Below the pieces are notes generated by a model. It was not told the origin of the DNA. It saw nothing but the letters and a program-made list of their open reading frames with translations, and did no database searches. A stretch of DNA of 63,932 nucleotides, the filler included, from Neolecta irregularis DAH-3 (lineage: Eukaryota), in assembly GCA_001929475.1 (NCBI GenBank). It is 11 parts of 11 records of this genome, joined end to end, with 100 filler letters (N's around TTAATTAATTAA, not from the genome) between each part and the next. Parts side by side here need not be neighbours in the genome. Positions count along the whole stretch, not along the records: positions 46,021 to 51,784 come from LXFE01000386.1; positions 51,885 to 54,546 come from LXFE01003556.1; positions 54,647 to 61,498 come from LXFE01000387.1; positions 61,599 to 62,716 come from LXFE01003560.1; 7 more parts are not named here. One strand, written 5' to 3'. The stretch's first letter is position 1, and every line of letters starts with the position of its first letter. Below are positions 50,886 to 62,816 of the stretch, one piece after another. Made by a program: the position numbers and the translations under genes.

Positions 50886-51669
50886 GATGATGGTCGATAA
50901 GACAAAATTGAGAAGAATAGCCAGGCTTTATAGAATTTTTGTCGAGAGAAATGACATGGTTGTTCTAAGAAAAGGCATTATCTAAGGTAGGGCAAATCCC
51001 TTATTTTCAGACGCATCACCGAGGTCACATTCACAGAATTTGTGAACGAGGCACCCACATGATTCGGGTAATGGAGATACGATGGGGTTCCAAGACGAAA
51101 TTGCAAATGTAGAGAAAGAAAGAGAGGATATCTGCTTCATAACCTGCAACTAACATGAAACAGAGACTGCAAAAAATTGTATACCAATTGGAGATTACGC
51201 AGAAAGAGGCGCCTGGGGTAGAGACTCTGCCACATTTCATGCAGGCCCCAAAGAACTCGCAGACCATGAAATCCTGGTAGCTTTAAACTAGTGGGTTATT
51301 TATAGCATATTTGGTAAAACTTTAAGGTTTTACAGGTGACTAAAATTAGAGACGAATTCACATGAACTCGGTGAGTTATGACAAAAATGTAAGAGATCGT
51401 AGTGAAAGCTCTGAATCAAGGCTGAATAACGGGGGCTTGGGTAGGCTTTAATTGTGTATTGGAATAGGAATTGTTATTTTTTCACTTCGCGGATACGCAA
51501 TCTACACGAGTGGCGGTGAACCCAAATTAGAAATTAGAACAATAGTGTAAAGTTCAGACAAACTTGTTTTGTATTCTATGTTTTAGGCATTATCGAGACT
51601 CGTAGCGCAAAATCTCGATTCTGTTCCTCCTTTGTCTTTTTCGAGATCCATTTCAAATCAACGGCAGTC

Positions 51670-51784
51670 AGACTTGCTAACAAGTAAGCAAGTCCAATTC
51701 TGGACTTTGGACTTGCTCGCTTGCATATTTCAGGCCTTTGGACTTGCTTGCTTGGACTTGCTTGCTATTTTACTTGCAATTCTG
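51670..51784. repeat. GACTTGCT motif array with one inverted copy at the contig end
   Basis: About 5 direct copies plus AGCAAGTC. Confidence 0.6.
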
Positions 51785-51884
51785 NNNNNNNNNNNNNNNN
51801 NNNNNNNNNNNNNNNNNNNNNNNNNNNNTTAATTAATTAANNNNNNNNNNNNNNNNNNNNNNNNNNNNNNNNNNNNNNNNNNNN

Positions 51885-52350
51885 TGATGGCATCGGATCA
51901 TTCTATGAATGCAATTATTCCAATATCATATCGGTAACCTGGTCGCGAGACTGTCCAACATGGGGTACGATTAAAATGATTGATGGTATGTGCACAACCC
52001 CGACTTTGAACTAACAGAAAGTAAAGTAGTAGTTTGCACAGATGGAGATAATTATAGTATACATGTCGTCAGGGATACATTGATCTCAATATTCATGTAA
52101 TTGATTCTAACCTTTCCAAGCATTATATGGAGTACCACACAAATATGTTACGTAAATCTTTATCCGCAATAAATTATACCTCCGGAATTGTGTCAGTCCT
52201 CTTATGAACAAAGGGGAGTGTTTGTAGGTACAAAGGCTGCATGCAAATATCCCGAAGTCACATTCAATAGTCACTCTTGGGGAAATGTAGCGGATAACAT
52301 AGCCATGAGGAAACGTATAGGATCACTGTCATGCCTACCTAATCTATAAT
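51885..52350 (+). CDS. Possible 3' part of an unknown Cys-containing multi-exon gene
   Basis: Open frames (DGIGSFYECNYS...CPTWGTIKMID; VFVGTKAACKYPEVTF) separated by a clear GTATGT..CTAACAG intron. Confidence 0.3.
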
Positions 52351-53030
52351 CGATGAATTTACTCGCTATCCTCGCCGGCTTTCCCTTTGACGCTCTGTGT
52401 TGCACAATCTGCATCTGGATCTTCAAACTAAATCTTGCGGTTTAAAAACACCAGTGGAGGAATTTTCAACTTGAATCTGGATGCTCATAATTTTGTCGTA
52501 GCTCAGTCCTCATATCAAATCTCCTCAGTTTGTCACCGAGGCTGTAAGCATATACCCTCGGGTAGAGCTTATCATTACGGAAGGAAGGCTAGCAATAATA
52601 TTGCGGCAATTTAATTTGTATTATATAAAGTAGATAGCCAAGTTCAGTCACTCAGGCTAGTATAATAAACCTGGTCTTATTCGAACTGAGCTTCAACACT
52701 TACAGAGGCATTCAAACAGTTCTCTGATATCTGCGCTTATAGTATCTAAATAATTCCAGACTGAAATTCTTTTTTTCAACGGCATGAGACCAGGCTTGGC
52801 TGTGACTCAGCAAATCTAACAAACAAATTCTTAGTTCTCGGGGAACAATTTCCACCATTCTAGACAACGGTTAGGATGGTTGTGTTGTACATATGTGACA
52901 AGCTATCTTCGTGAACCTTTACCTAGCACAGTCTTGCATTCACTAAAACCCGTTCAATCTTCTCCAAGTCAAATATTATTTCGAATAACTATCCTTCAAT
53001 ACTTGTCCACGGTTTCCCTCAGGTTCAGCG

Positions 53031-53137
53031 TGTCACACGCAGGTTGTAGTTGTAGCGTCTTTGAGGTTTAGGTTTCTGGAAACAGAGAAAAAGGAGGAAC
53101 ACGATTCTTTGATTCTTAGCGAGATGGTCTTGTGACA
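53031..53137. mobile_element. Solo-LTR-like 107-bp element
   Basis: Termini TGTCACA...TGTGACA, flanked by direct repeat AGCG (53027-53030 and 53138-53141). The first 19 nt recur at 62598. Confidence 0.65.
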
Positions 53138-53723
53138 AGCGCCTGCAGAATCCCTGTAATCATTTACAGGTGGATGGAAAGACGGTTTCATTTTTTAGTA
53201 TCGTCTGTCATTAAGTATCCTCAACAATCGGTGGTATGCGGAGCACTAGGTAGTCGCTAGGTGAATCCCGGAGGTTTGGACAGGTGGTTTCTTCCTTTTT
53301 TATTTTCAGTTTCTTGTCAATGTGGAGAATATTTCGTCTCTGATGCTGGGATTGATCTAGGCAGCTTTCCCATTTATTTGACTGAAAGAGTATTATAACC
53401 TGCCTCTTTTCTTATTACTACGGATATCTCCAAAGGCAATAGCCTGGCTTTTCATAAGTAGCAAGCTGCATGTGACAACTGAAAAAGCTATTCTACAATA
53501 AGATTCTTTTGTGTCAAGTAGCAGGGGTCTGTTTCACGATTTTCACGATTGTAGACCAGGATTGGGATGGTAAGGGATAAAAGACTAAGCTCCCCATCGA
53601 AAGTAGCATGGGATCTGTTTCACCATTTTCTCCAGGACAATAAATACACGACGTTCACTTTGGTATCTACTTTAACAATTCGCTATTTGTTTTGCCATTC
53701 GTTTCCTACCATTCAATACTCAT

Positions 53724-54091
53724 ATGAATCGCTTCTATGCCGTGTTTACCATATTGGTTTTGTTCTGTCCTTTTGGATTGTCGATGCCACTTGATGTGAG
53801 CGCGTCATTGGCCAAACGTGACAACCAACCTGATGGTATGACGACAATTGGATCTAGCTTTGTGCTGACATTTTCCAGGCAGTCGAATAGTTCGGCGGGA
53901 GGGTTGTTTTCTTGCAGAGCAGAGATGATTGATTAAATATAGCTAGGGGATGGTTCCAAAATTGGACTACGAATTTTGTGGCACCTGGGGGAGTTTCTAA
54001 AATTGATCCCAAGGTTGACAATACTTGTCTTGTACTGAAACGATAGGCCGTCCAAAATTACAGTATCCTCGAAGAAATGGGGTTAAAGTAG
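53724..54091 (+). CDS. Small secreted peptide precursor candidate, 3-4 exons
   Basis: Signal peptide MNRFYAVFTILVLFCPFGLS, dibasic KR and RR sites, and a clear first intron 53836-53878. Later exons are tentative. Confidence 0.5.
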
Positions 54092-54187
54092 ATGAAGTCT
54101 GAATCCTCTTGAAGGTTGAGTTTGTATTGTGTTCTGCAGTCTTTGGTCGAGTGGTTGTTTAACAGAGAATTTTATTGTTTCTTTAAA

Positions 54188-54331
54188 ACATACCCCTTTT
54201 CCCCCATCATGTGCTGCAATCTGTGGGAGCACGCCTGGCTCGCCGACATCGACGGCAAGAAGGACTATGTAGCTAATTTCATAAAGGTCCTCGATTGGCA
54301 CAGGTGCCATGACAGGTTGTATGTGTCGTAA
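54188..54331 (+). pseudogene. Isolated C-terminal fragment of an Fe/Mn-SOD-fold gene (Rsm26/Mrp1-like mitoribosomal type)
   Basis: PIMCCNLWEHAWLAD-IDGKKDYVANFIKVLDW; no upstream exons of this gene found. Confidence 0.6.
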
Positions 54332-55067
54332 AGAAATACTAAACTGAGAACTTACGCCTAACACGTCAATATCGGGACACCTCACTCAAGCTCCCTCCTC
54401 CCCTCTTCCTCCACGATTTTTACTATCGTCTATCTCACTCGCGATTCACTATCCCATCTGCTTGGTACGGTTCTGCTTCCGACGTCGGTCCTCTGTTTTC
54501 TTAAGAGTATCTTCGTACCGGGAGTATGGGGCGTGCTGACGAGTCANNNNNNNNNNNNNNNNNNNNNNNNNNNNNNNNNNNNNNNNNNNNTTAATTAATT
54601 AANNNNNNNNNNNNNNNNNNNNNNNNNNNNNNNNNNNNNNNNNNNNGGGAAGCATTACAGTAAGACTTGTTTCCTGTTGCTATAAATAGGTGCCTTTTAG
54701 GACAGCGAGTTACGTCAAAGTGTCTCCTATTATATTGGCCAAAAGACTCTCTCAAAGAGGCACAGGTCTCACAACAGGAGAGACAAAATAACGCCTCTGA
54801 GTCTTATCTGTACCCTCACTTTGTGTTGTCTGACAAGGCAGGCTGTCCCACTTGAAGATATAGACTTGCGGTCTTCCCACAGGCAACAAGCGGGCTTAAG
54901 CTATCTGAACTATCAGCGTGTACATTTAGCACTTTCTGATCATCATCGAATAGATTCTCAAAAATAAAGCATTCGTGTTGAAAAAAGTCCGCCATTTGCT
55001 CTTTCATGTGATGTGCTTTTTTATTTTAATTATTAAACAGCGTGATGCCCGAAACTTATCACAAACC

Positions 55068-56409
55068 ATGCTGTCGATCTTGTTTTTCATCGCCTTGTGC
55101 AGAAAGCTTTCCTTTGCAACCTCATATCTGGATCAATTCAAAAAGGTCGATGAGATTGCAAAGCCTAGGTTTTTGTTCAGATCAACTCTCCATAGCTTGT
55201 CGTGGGCCGTCGAGGTTAGTTCTATCTGCGATGAGCGGGATCGGGAAACCTTGAAATCCAAAACTCCAGAAGAAACTTGTGCTGAAAAATGCTGCAATGC
55301 ATCTTATTTCTGCCACTCTTTCCTGGTGGCATTTGATACAAACAAGAAACTCAACTGCTACACGTTTGCTTTTGGATCTTCAAATGTCCTTCCTGAGTCA
55401 GGGGTTTCTCAACAGTTCTTCACCAATTGTCGCATCCGGTCGCTATATGAGTATGAAGGTGGCATTTATCATCTGATGTTCTAGTCTCGCCACTCAATCA
55501 GATTTTGTAACCCCCGTTCGCGAAATGTCCCGTGATCTCATCCGTTTTGGTCCATCTACAAATATATCTGGTGAACTCTTGAGATCCTGCAAGAGTACCC
55601 CAAAACTCAATAGTTTTGCAAGTCACATTCTACAGCAGTGCAGATACGCTGCATTGGCCGACTTCCATTTACCCTCCGATTCTGAACAGCAAACTTCGCC
55701 ATCCGGTTATCTCGATCAAAAGTCCCTCATTTACGCACTAAAGTCTTGGAGTTTTCCAAAGCCTAAATATTCGACTCACTTTGAGCGGCTCGTAATAATG
55801 TTTCTCAAGCTTTACGGACCCAAAAAACATACATATCATGCCCAGTCGTATTACTATGCTTTACAGAAATTCAGTGATGGGAGTTTTAACTCTCGTGTAC
55901 TCGTCGTTTCGTTTGGGTTAGGTCACTATATTACAATAACTACAACAAACACTGATTTTGACGAGATCACATACATATCTGCAGATGGTAACTTTAACCA
56001 AACCTACAGTAGAGTAAAGGTCGCTGTTTCCATATATCTAAGAAAGATAGACCGAATATCCGGTCTTGAGGATGGAACCACGAAGCTTAACCAGACAAGC
56101 AAACAAGGAATTCAGATCAACTTTGTTGATTTAAAGCGAGACGGTTTCTCTGAGCCCGAGCTCCAGCAACAAGCAGCGATCACAGTGCTCGAGTACATTA
56201 CATGCGCGCTCACCCGTCGATCATATGGATCATATCCAAGCTCCCTTGGGCCAAACTGGATTCGCGATTTGGTTACATTCGTGTTATCTTGGGTTTACAA
56301 GGTTCGTCAGAGTGATTTCGAAATTGATAATCGTGGCTCTCGAATGTTGGACAGTTTAAGCAATAATTTTTCGCAACAATCTATAATTGATGTCATTACT
56401 CAACACTAA
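55068..56409 (+). CDS. Secreted protein: PAN/apple-like Cys domain plus an unrecognised C-terminal domain (435 aa, intron 55451-55484)
   Basis: Signal peptide MLSILFFIALCRKLSFA, then CAEKCC...CHSF...CY. A phase-2 GTATGA..CTGAT..CTAG intron joins the two ORFs in frame. Confidence 0.72.
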
Positions 56410-56842
56410 TGCTACACTAGATGTAATTCAATAGACAATTGTTGTATTTCAGTTATCACCTTTCATACAAATCAAGAAATAACACTCGAGTTGGAGAATC
56501 TGGTTCCATATTCGTTGTTTGTGTAAGTTTTGAATTAGATTTTTGTTCAATATATCTTCGTTACCCAGGTACTAAGCAATGTTCCCTTGTGGAGCAGCAA
56601 ATTGGAACCATCCTTGCAAGACTTTAGATTGTAGAATGAGATGAAGGCATGGTATGAATAGGTCCAATTAGAAATTTTAAATCCCCGCGCTTCTTTTTGT
56701 CGCTACATGCAAAAAGTTTTGTCTACTTACCAATTTTCACCTTAATCTCTGAGACATCTCCACTTTTTCATTCTCTCAAGATAATCAATTCCGAGGATCA
56801 GCTATCACATCTGAGCTTATATTGTCTCCAGGGTTAACGAGA

Positions 56843-58617
56843 ATGTCTAGTGAGAATGAAAAACATCTCGCCTCACCAAAGTTGTCGTCACAAGAAACCG
56901 GCCAACCTCTTGAACGTGGTCTACGTCGTCGCTTGAATGCTCGACAAATATTTATGGTCAGTGTAGGAAGTAGCATTGGTCAAGGATTATGGGTCAGTTT
57001 TCTCGGATCGAATCAAACCTAAGGAACAGGTCGGATCAGGGGCATCGTTAGCCCAAGGTGGACCAGCAAGTCTTTTACTGGGCTTTGTGTTTACATGCAT
57101 CATCGTGTTCCTCATGATGCAATCTGTGGGAGAACTGTCTACTGCATTTCCCGTGGCTTCTGCCTTCTCCACTTGGGCTTCCCAATTTGTTGATGAAGCT
57201 TTGGGATTTGCCTTGGTATAATGCACTAGTTGACGATTGACCAATTCTATAGGGCTGGATATACTGCTTTCTCTGGATGACGATAATCGCAGCTGAGCTT
57301 ACTGGTGCAAATACAATGTAACCACCCCCGTTGACCCCCCAACTGATCAGCTCAGTATCAGATATTGGACGACCGCTGTTCCTGTTGCAGTATGGATATC
57401 ACTATTTATGCTTGTTTTCATTGGAATCAATTTTCTCGGTGTGAAAGGCTTCGGGGACGCAGAAACGGTATTCACTACTGTGAAACTAACTTTTATGTTT
57501 ATCGTGATCATTTCCTGTATTATTATATCAACCGGTGCAGCACCCAAGGGCGATCCCATCGGGTGTACTTTTCCCGTTATCCATCCTTTAACATATTTTC
57601 AGTCAAATACTGGTCCAACCCTGGCCCCTTCAAAAACGGCATCAAAGGATTTTTCTCGACCTTCTCTACTAGTATATTTGCGCTCACTGGTGCGGAATTA
57701 ACTGGCATTATTGCCGGTGAATCTGCAAATCCAAAGCAAGCCGTCCCTAGAGCCGCAAACAGTGTATGGATTCGTCTCTGTTTCTTCTATATTCTTGGCT
57801 CCTGGATGGTTACTATGGTTGTGTCATCCTCAAATGATCAGTTACTCGGTGGAAGCGGAGTAAACGCTTCCCCCTTTGTTATCGCTTTGAAAGCGGGTGG
57901 TCTTGGTGGTCTCGCTCACATCATGAACGCAGTCATTCTCATCTCCGTACTATCGTGCGGAAATTCTGCACTGTACGCGGGAAGTCGGACGCTTGTTGGC
58001 TTAGCAAATGTAGGACTCGCACCCAAGTTTTTTGCGAAATGCGATAAATCTGGACGCCCCAATTTTGCTACATTATTCACTGCCGTGTTAGGGGGCGCTA
58101 TGGGTTATCTAAACGTCTCAAATAGTGGTGCAACGGTATTCATGTGGTTCTCTTCATTAGCTACACTTGCTACAATTTGGGCGGTATGAAATTTGACTTT
58201 TGTTCTACTAACTTGAATTAGTGGTGGTGCATTTTCCTCGCCCACATTAGGTTTCGAAGAGCCATGCGCCTTCAAGGCCGGTCTCTCGATTCTCTTGCCT
58301 GGAAAACATCATTGTATCCTTGGGGTGCATATTTTGGAATAGCAGCATGCACATCAATTTTTTTCATTCAGTTCTATCTCGCCGTGTGGCCTCTGAAGAA
58401 AATCTCCAGCGCCTCCAATTTTTTCACTACTTTCCTGAGTTTTCCGTTGTTTCTCGTATTGTACTTTTCTTATAGACTTTGGTTTAGAACAAGTTTCGTC
58501 AAGTTAGATAAGATGGATTTAGACACAGGCCGATTGATGCATTTTCAAGATGAAGAGGTCGTTGAGAAGGAAAAGGCGACTGGATTTGGAAAAATTGGCG
58601 AATTTATTTGGGGTTAA
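56843..58617 (+). CDS. Amino-acid permease (APC/YAT family), copy A
   Basis: LRRRLNARQIFMVSVGSSIGQGL, GGPASLL, YWSNPG, GESANP, SPFVIA, LSCGNSALYAGSRTL and MDLDTG. Confidence 0.93.
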
Positions 58618-58702
58618 ATGTCGTTAGATATATACAACGAATAGATCCTCTAGACCACTTGTCTAGTATCGCGGTTTTGTAACTATCCTCTGTTGACATA
58701 CA

Positions 58703-59152
58703 CAGTGGGCCGTGGGCTTAGCCCGGCCCATGAAAAGCCCGCGGGCTTACGAGGTCGTTGGCATCACTACAATTTGTATGCTTTCAAACCGAAGAGATGG
58801 GTCATCCTGCCAGGCGACATAATGGCGACATTGTTTCAATGCGAGGTCATGAATATATATCTCTCCTCATCCGTTATCGCCTGCCGTCCTCACCAATTAT
58901 TTCCTGCCGTCCTCGCCTGTTATCGCCCCGCCCACCTCGCCTGTTACCGCTCCTCCTCGCCCTTTATTGCCCGCCCTGCTTGCCCATTACCGTCTGGCCT
59001 CCTCAACCCGCCCACCTTCCTTGCCCGTTATCGCCGCGGGAAGAGCACTCCGCAATTGTCATTAGTATATAAACCTGTCGCAGTACACCAGTGTTGCGGA
59101 TGGACCAAAGTCCGGCTCATGGACTTTTCTGAGGGTCATGTCCAGTCCATGC
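58703..59152 (+). mobile_element. GC-rich dispersed repeat between the permeases, related to 62162-62448
   Basis: Shares GGGCCGTGGGCTTAGCCC at the left and CATGGACTTTTCTGAGGGTCA.GTCCAGTC at the right with the second copy; internal CAGTGTTG at 59089. Confidence 0.65.
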
Positions 59153-59178
59153 ATATCATGTGACTAGCGTCCATAAAT

Positions 59179-61068
59179 TTAACCCCAGACAAGCCTGCCA
59201 AGCCCTCCTAATCCAGCAGCATTCTCCTTCTCAACTATTTCATCCTCTAAATGCAATCTTCCTGTATCCAAATCTATTTTTTTCAGCCTCACAATGCTCG
59301 TTTTAAACCAGAGTTTATAAAAGATATACAAGACGACAAACAAGGGGAAGCTCATGAATGTACCGAAAAAGTCAATGACATTGGAGTGTTTTTTTAACGG
59401 CCAAGCAGCGAGATAACATTGAATGACGAAAATCATTGTGCATGCTGTTATTCCTATGTATGCGTTCCAGGGGTAATAGGATGTTGTCCAGGCTAGAGAA
59501 TCAAAGGATCGGCCTTGAACCTGCATGGCTCTTCGAAAGCGAATATGGCACAGAAAAATACACCACCACTTATAAAATTAGAAATTCAAAGGAAAGCAGG
59601 AAAGAGAAAAGGGGTTCGTACTGCCCAGATGCCGGCTAACGCAGCCAATGAAGAGAACCACGCGAATACCACTGCCCCGTTATTCGAGATGTTTAGTAAA
59701 CTCAGGGCATAGCCTGCCAATGCGATAAAAATCGTAGCATAAGACGGTCGTCCGTATTTATCGCATTTTGCAAAAACCCTGGGTGCAAGTTTTATATGTG
59801 CTAAGCCAACAAGCGTCCGACTTCCCGCGTACAGCGCAGAATTTCCGCACGATAATACAGAGATAAGAATGATTGCATTCATCATGTGAGCCAGAGGGTC
59901 GAGACCACCTGCTTTCAAGGCGATTACAAATGGGGAAGCATTCACTCCGCTTCCTCCGAGTAACTGGTCATTGGTAGATGGTACGACCATGGTCACCATC
60001 CAGGAACCGACGATGTAGAAGAAGCCAAGACGAATCCAGATACTGTTTGCGGCTCGAGGGACAGATTCTTTGGGATTTGCAGATTCTCCAGCAGTAATTC
60101 CAGTCAACTCTGTGCCTGTGAGGGCAAATATACTAGTCGAAAAGGTTGAGAGAAAGCCTTTGAAACCATTGTTAAACGGACCAGGATTGGACCAGAATTT
60201 GACTAGAAAGAATTTTAGAGAGCGCTTATGTAAGAGACGTGTACATCCGATAGTATCGCCTTTGGGAGCTGCACCCGCGGATATGATGATACAGGATATA
60301 ATGACGATAAACACAAATGCGAATTTGATAGAAGTGAACACAGTTTCTGTGTCTGCAAATCCTTTCACACCGAGAAAATTGATTCCAATGAAAACAAGCA
60401 TAAATAGTGATATCCATACCGCAACAGGAACAGCGGTCGTCCAATATCTGATACTGCTGATTAGTTGTGGGTGTTAACGGGATGGGATTACATTGTATTT
60501 GCACCCGAAAGTTCAGCTGCTATGATTGTTATTACGAGGAAGCAGTATATCCAACCCTGCAAATCAACGCCGGTTTCATCAACAATAGAAACCAATGCGA
60601 AGCCTAAAGCCTCGTCAACAAACTGTGAGGCCCATGTCGAAAATGCCGAAGGTGTGGGGAATGCAGTAGACAATTCTCCCACTGATTGCATCATGAGGAA
60701 TACAATCACACATNNNNNNNNNNTTCGTCAACAAACTGTGAGGCCCATGTCGAAAATGCGGAAGGTGTGGGGAATGCAGTAGACAATTCTCCCACTGATT
60801 GCATCATGAGGAATACAATCACACATGTCGAGAAGAAACCAAGTAACAAGCTCGCTGGTCCGCCTCTTGCTAGAGATCCACCTGATCCCATCTACTTGAG
60901 TGAATTCGATTCGGACAAGGAGAGAATAACCCATAAACCCTGGCCAATGCTGCTTCCCATGCTGACCATGAAGATCTGCCGAGCATTCAAACGACGACGT
61001 AGTCCATGCTCATGGAGATTGTTGGTCGAATGGGCAGACGATGTTTGTTCTTTATTTCTGGAATACAT
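59179..61068 (-). CDS. Amino-acid permease (APC/YAT family), copy B, inverted paralog
   Basis: Same motifs and intron positions as copy A. An assembly duplication surrounds the gap at 60714-60723. Confidence 0.92.
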
Positions 61069-61260
61069 TTCAACTTAACGGTGATATGTCTAGGGCACAG
61101 CATATGGAAAATGAATAAATATTAATATTAACTAGCCGATTTATGACAGATGATAAAGATTGCGGCGTTGATAACGAATAGTTTATTTTTCTTTTTTCCA
61201 TCATTCGCAATAGGTCTCACGTGAATATTCTTTTCTTGTTTTTCGTGACACCATCACAGC

Positions 61261-61498
61261 ATGCGGCAATTAAAACACCATGAACAAAAAGCAAGAAGGT
61301 CGATTTCTTCGATTGGAAACAAGACAACCATAATCGCATCGCTGTCATTCGGCGGTACAATCTTCAAAAACCTGACGACTATACTAAATATAATAAAATT
61401 GTTGGAGACTTAAAGGATTTTGCACGGCGACTATTAAACCAGACGATCCAGTCAGGAAGAAGCACGAAGATTTGTTGCTGGAAAAATTATATGACATG
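61261..61498 (+). pseudogene. IMP3: IMP3 (U3 snoRNP) 5' part with two frameshifts, cut by the contig end
   Basis: MRQLKHHEQK / KKVDFFDWKQD...DDYTKYNKIVG...ARRL / KPDDPVRKKHEDLLLEKLYDM, read in three different frames. Confidence 0.8.
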
Positions 61499-61944
61499 NN
61501 NNNNNNNNNNNNNNNNNNNNNNNNNNNNNNNNNNNNNNNNNNTTAATTAATTAANNNNNNNNNNNNNNNNNNNNNNNNNNNNNNNNNNNNNNNNNNNNGC
61601 TTCTGGTTGTTTCCTTTTAAATAAAAGATGCTTTCTAGGGCCCAATGTATCTCGGTTAACACAGTCGAGGGCGACCGTGAAACATGTAAGGAAAGGGAGA
61701 AAATAAAACAGCATTGAAAGTGATGGCTACCAAATCAGAGGAAGGCTAGTAAGAACTGAAGTAGTAAGCAGCTAGAAAGCTACTAAGTAGGAGCTTTTTA
61801 TAAAGTTTTTGTGCTTGTGGGGCTGAGTCATTCATCCTTCAAACTGTCTTGCACAAAACATTTTGTCTTGGCGGTCATTTCATACTAAGTGTAGCTATAT
61901 TTTATAAAGCTTTCTTTGTTTGATATCGAGCAGAATCTTTTCTT

Positions 61945-62142
61945 TTCAGAAATAGAATTGACAAGGCTTCAAGAAGGGTTGCTTAACCTACAGCTGTGTG
62001 AAGTGTGTAGCGGGGATGGTGCAATTCTTTTTTCACTCACATTCGAGTCTCAGTTTAGAGTCTCACTAGAAATAGAATTTGCGGACTCCAAGAAGGCGAG
62101 TCTCAGTTCACTAGAAATAGAATTGGCGGGACTTCAAGAAGG
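61945..62142 (+). repeat. Three diverged direct repeats AGAAATAGAATT..G.CT.CAAGAAGG
   Basis: Copies near 61948, 62068 and 62113. Confidence 0.75.
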
Positions 62143-62161
62143 CATGGACCACCCCTACAGC

Positions 62162-62448
62162 CAGTGTTGGAGACGGGCCGTGGGCTTAGCCCAGAACGGC
62201 GACAACACGCTCGTCGAGACCCCCTTCGCCCCCTCATCCTCGCCGCCTCCTGCGCGCTGCCGCCCGCACCCTCCGCGGCAACATCATCCCCGACAACATC
62301 CACGCCGACCCAATCTCTGCGTCACCGCGTTCTTTGCGCGCTTCCCGCTTTACTGCCTGCCCGCAGAGGCGGCGGCCCCAGGCCCGACAGCGCCGCCCCC
62401 TGCGCGCGCTCGCCGCCCATGGACTTTTCTGAGGGTCAGGTCCAGTCT
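62162..62448 (+). mobile_element. GC-rich dispersed repeat starting CAGTGTTG, second copy of the 58703 family
   Basis: Same conserved left and right blocks with a divergent GC-rich middle. Confidence 0.65.
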
Positions 62449-62816
62449 GTTGCAGAGCCGGTGAAATTGTCACTTGTTCTGAACACTTTTCTAATCTGTG
62501 TCTCACTTTCAACCCCATAGATTTATGCAGCCACTATTTTCATCTAAATATAACTGCATTCGCAAAAGTTTGGCCAATATAAATATCTCGTTGTGCTTGT
62601 CACACGCAGGTTGTAGCTTAAGGTCGATAGCGGTTTGGTAGTTGTGGTAGTTGTTGTAATAGATTGGGTGTATATTGGTGAGCACGGTGATATTGGTCTT
62701 CGGGATCTTTGGAGATNNNNNNNNNNNNNNNNNNNNNNNNNNNNNNNNNNNNNNNNNNNNTTAATTAATTAANNNNNNNNNNNNNNNNNNNNNNNNNNNN
62801 NNNNNNNNNNNNNNNN

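Noticed and set aside
58693..59163. ORFs 58693-59163 and 61916-62520 sharing MDFSEG.VQS
   Set aside because: The similarity comes from the shared DNA repeat block; the frames differ elsewhere and no protein features are evident.
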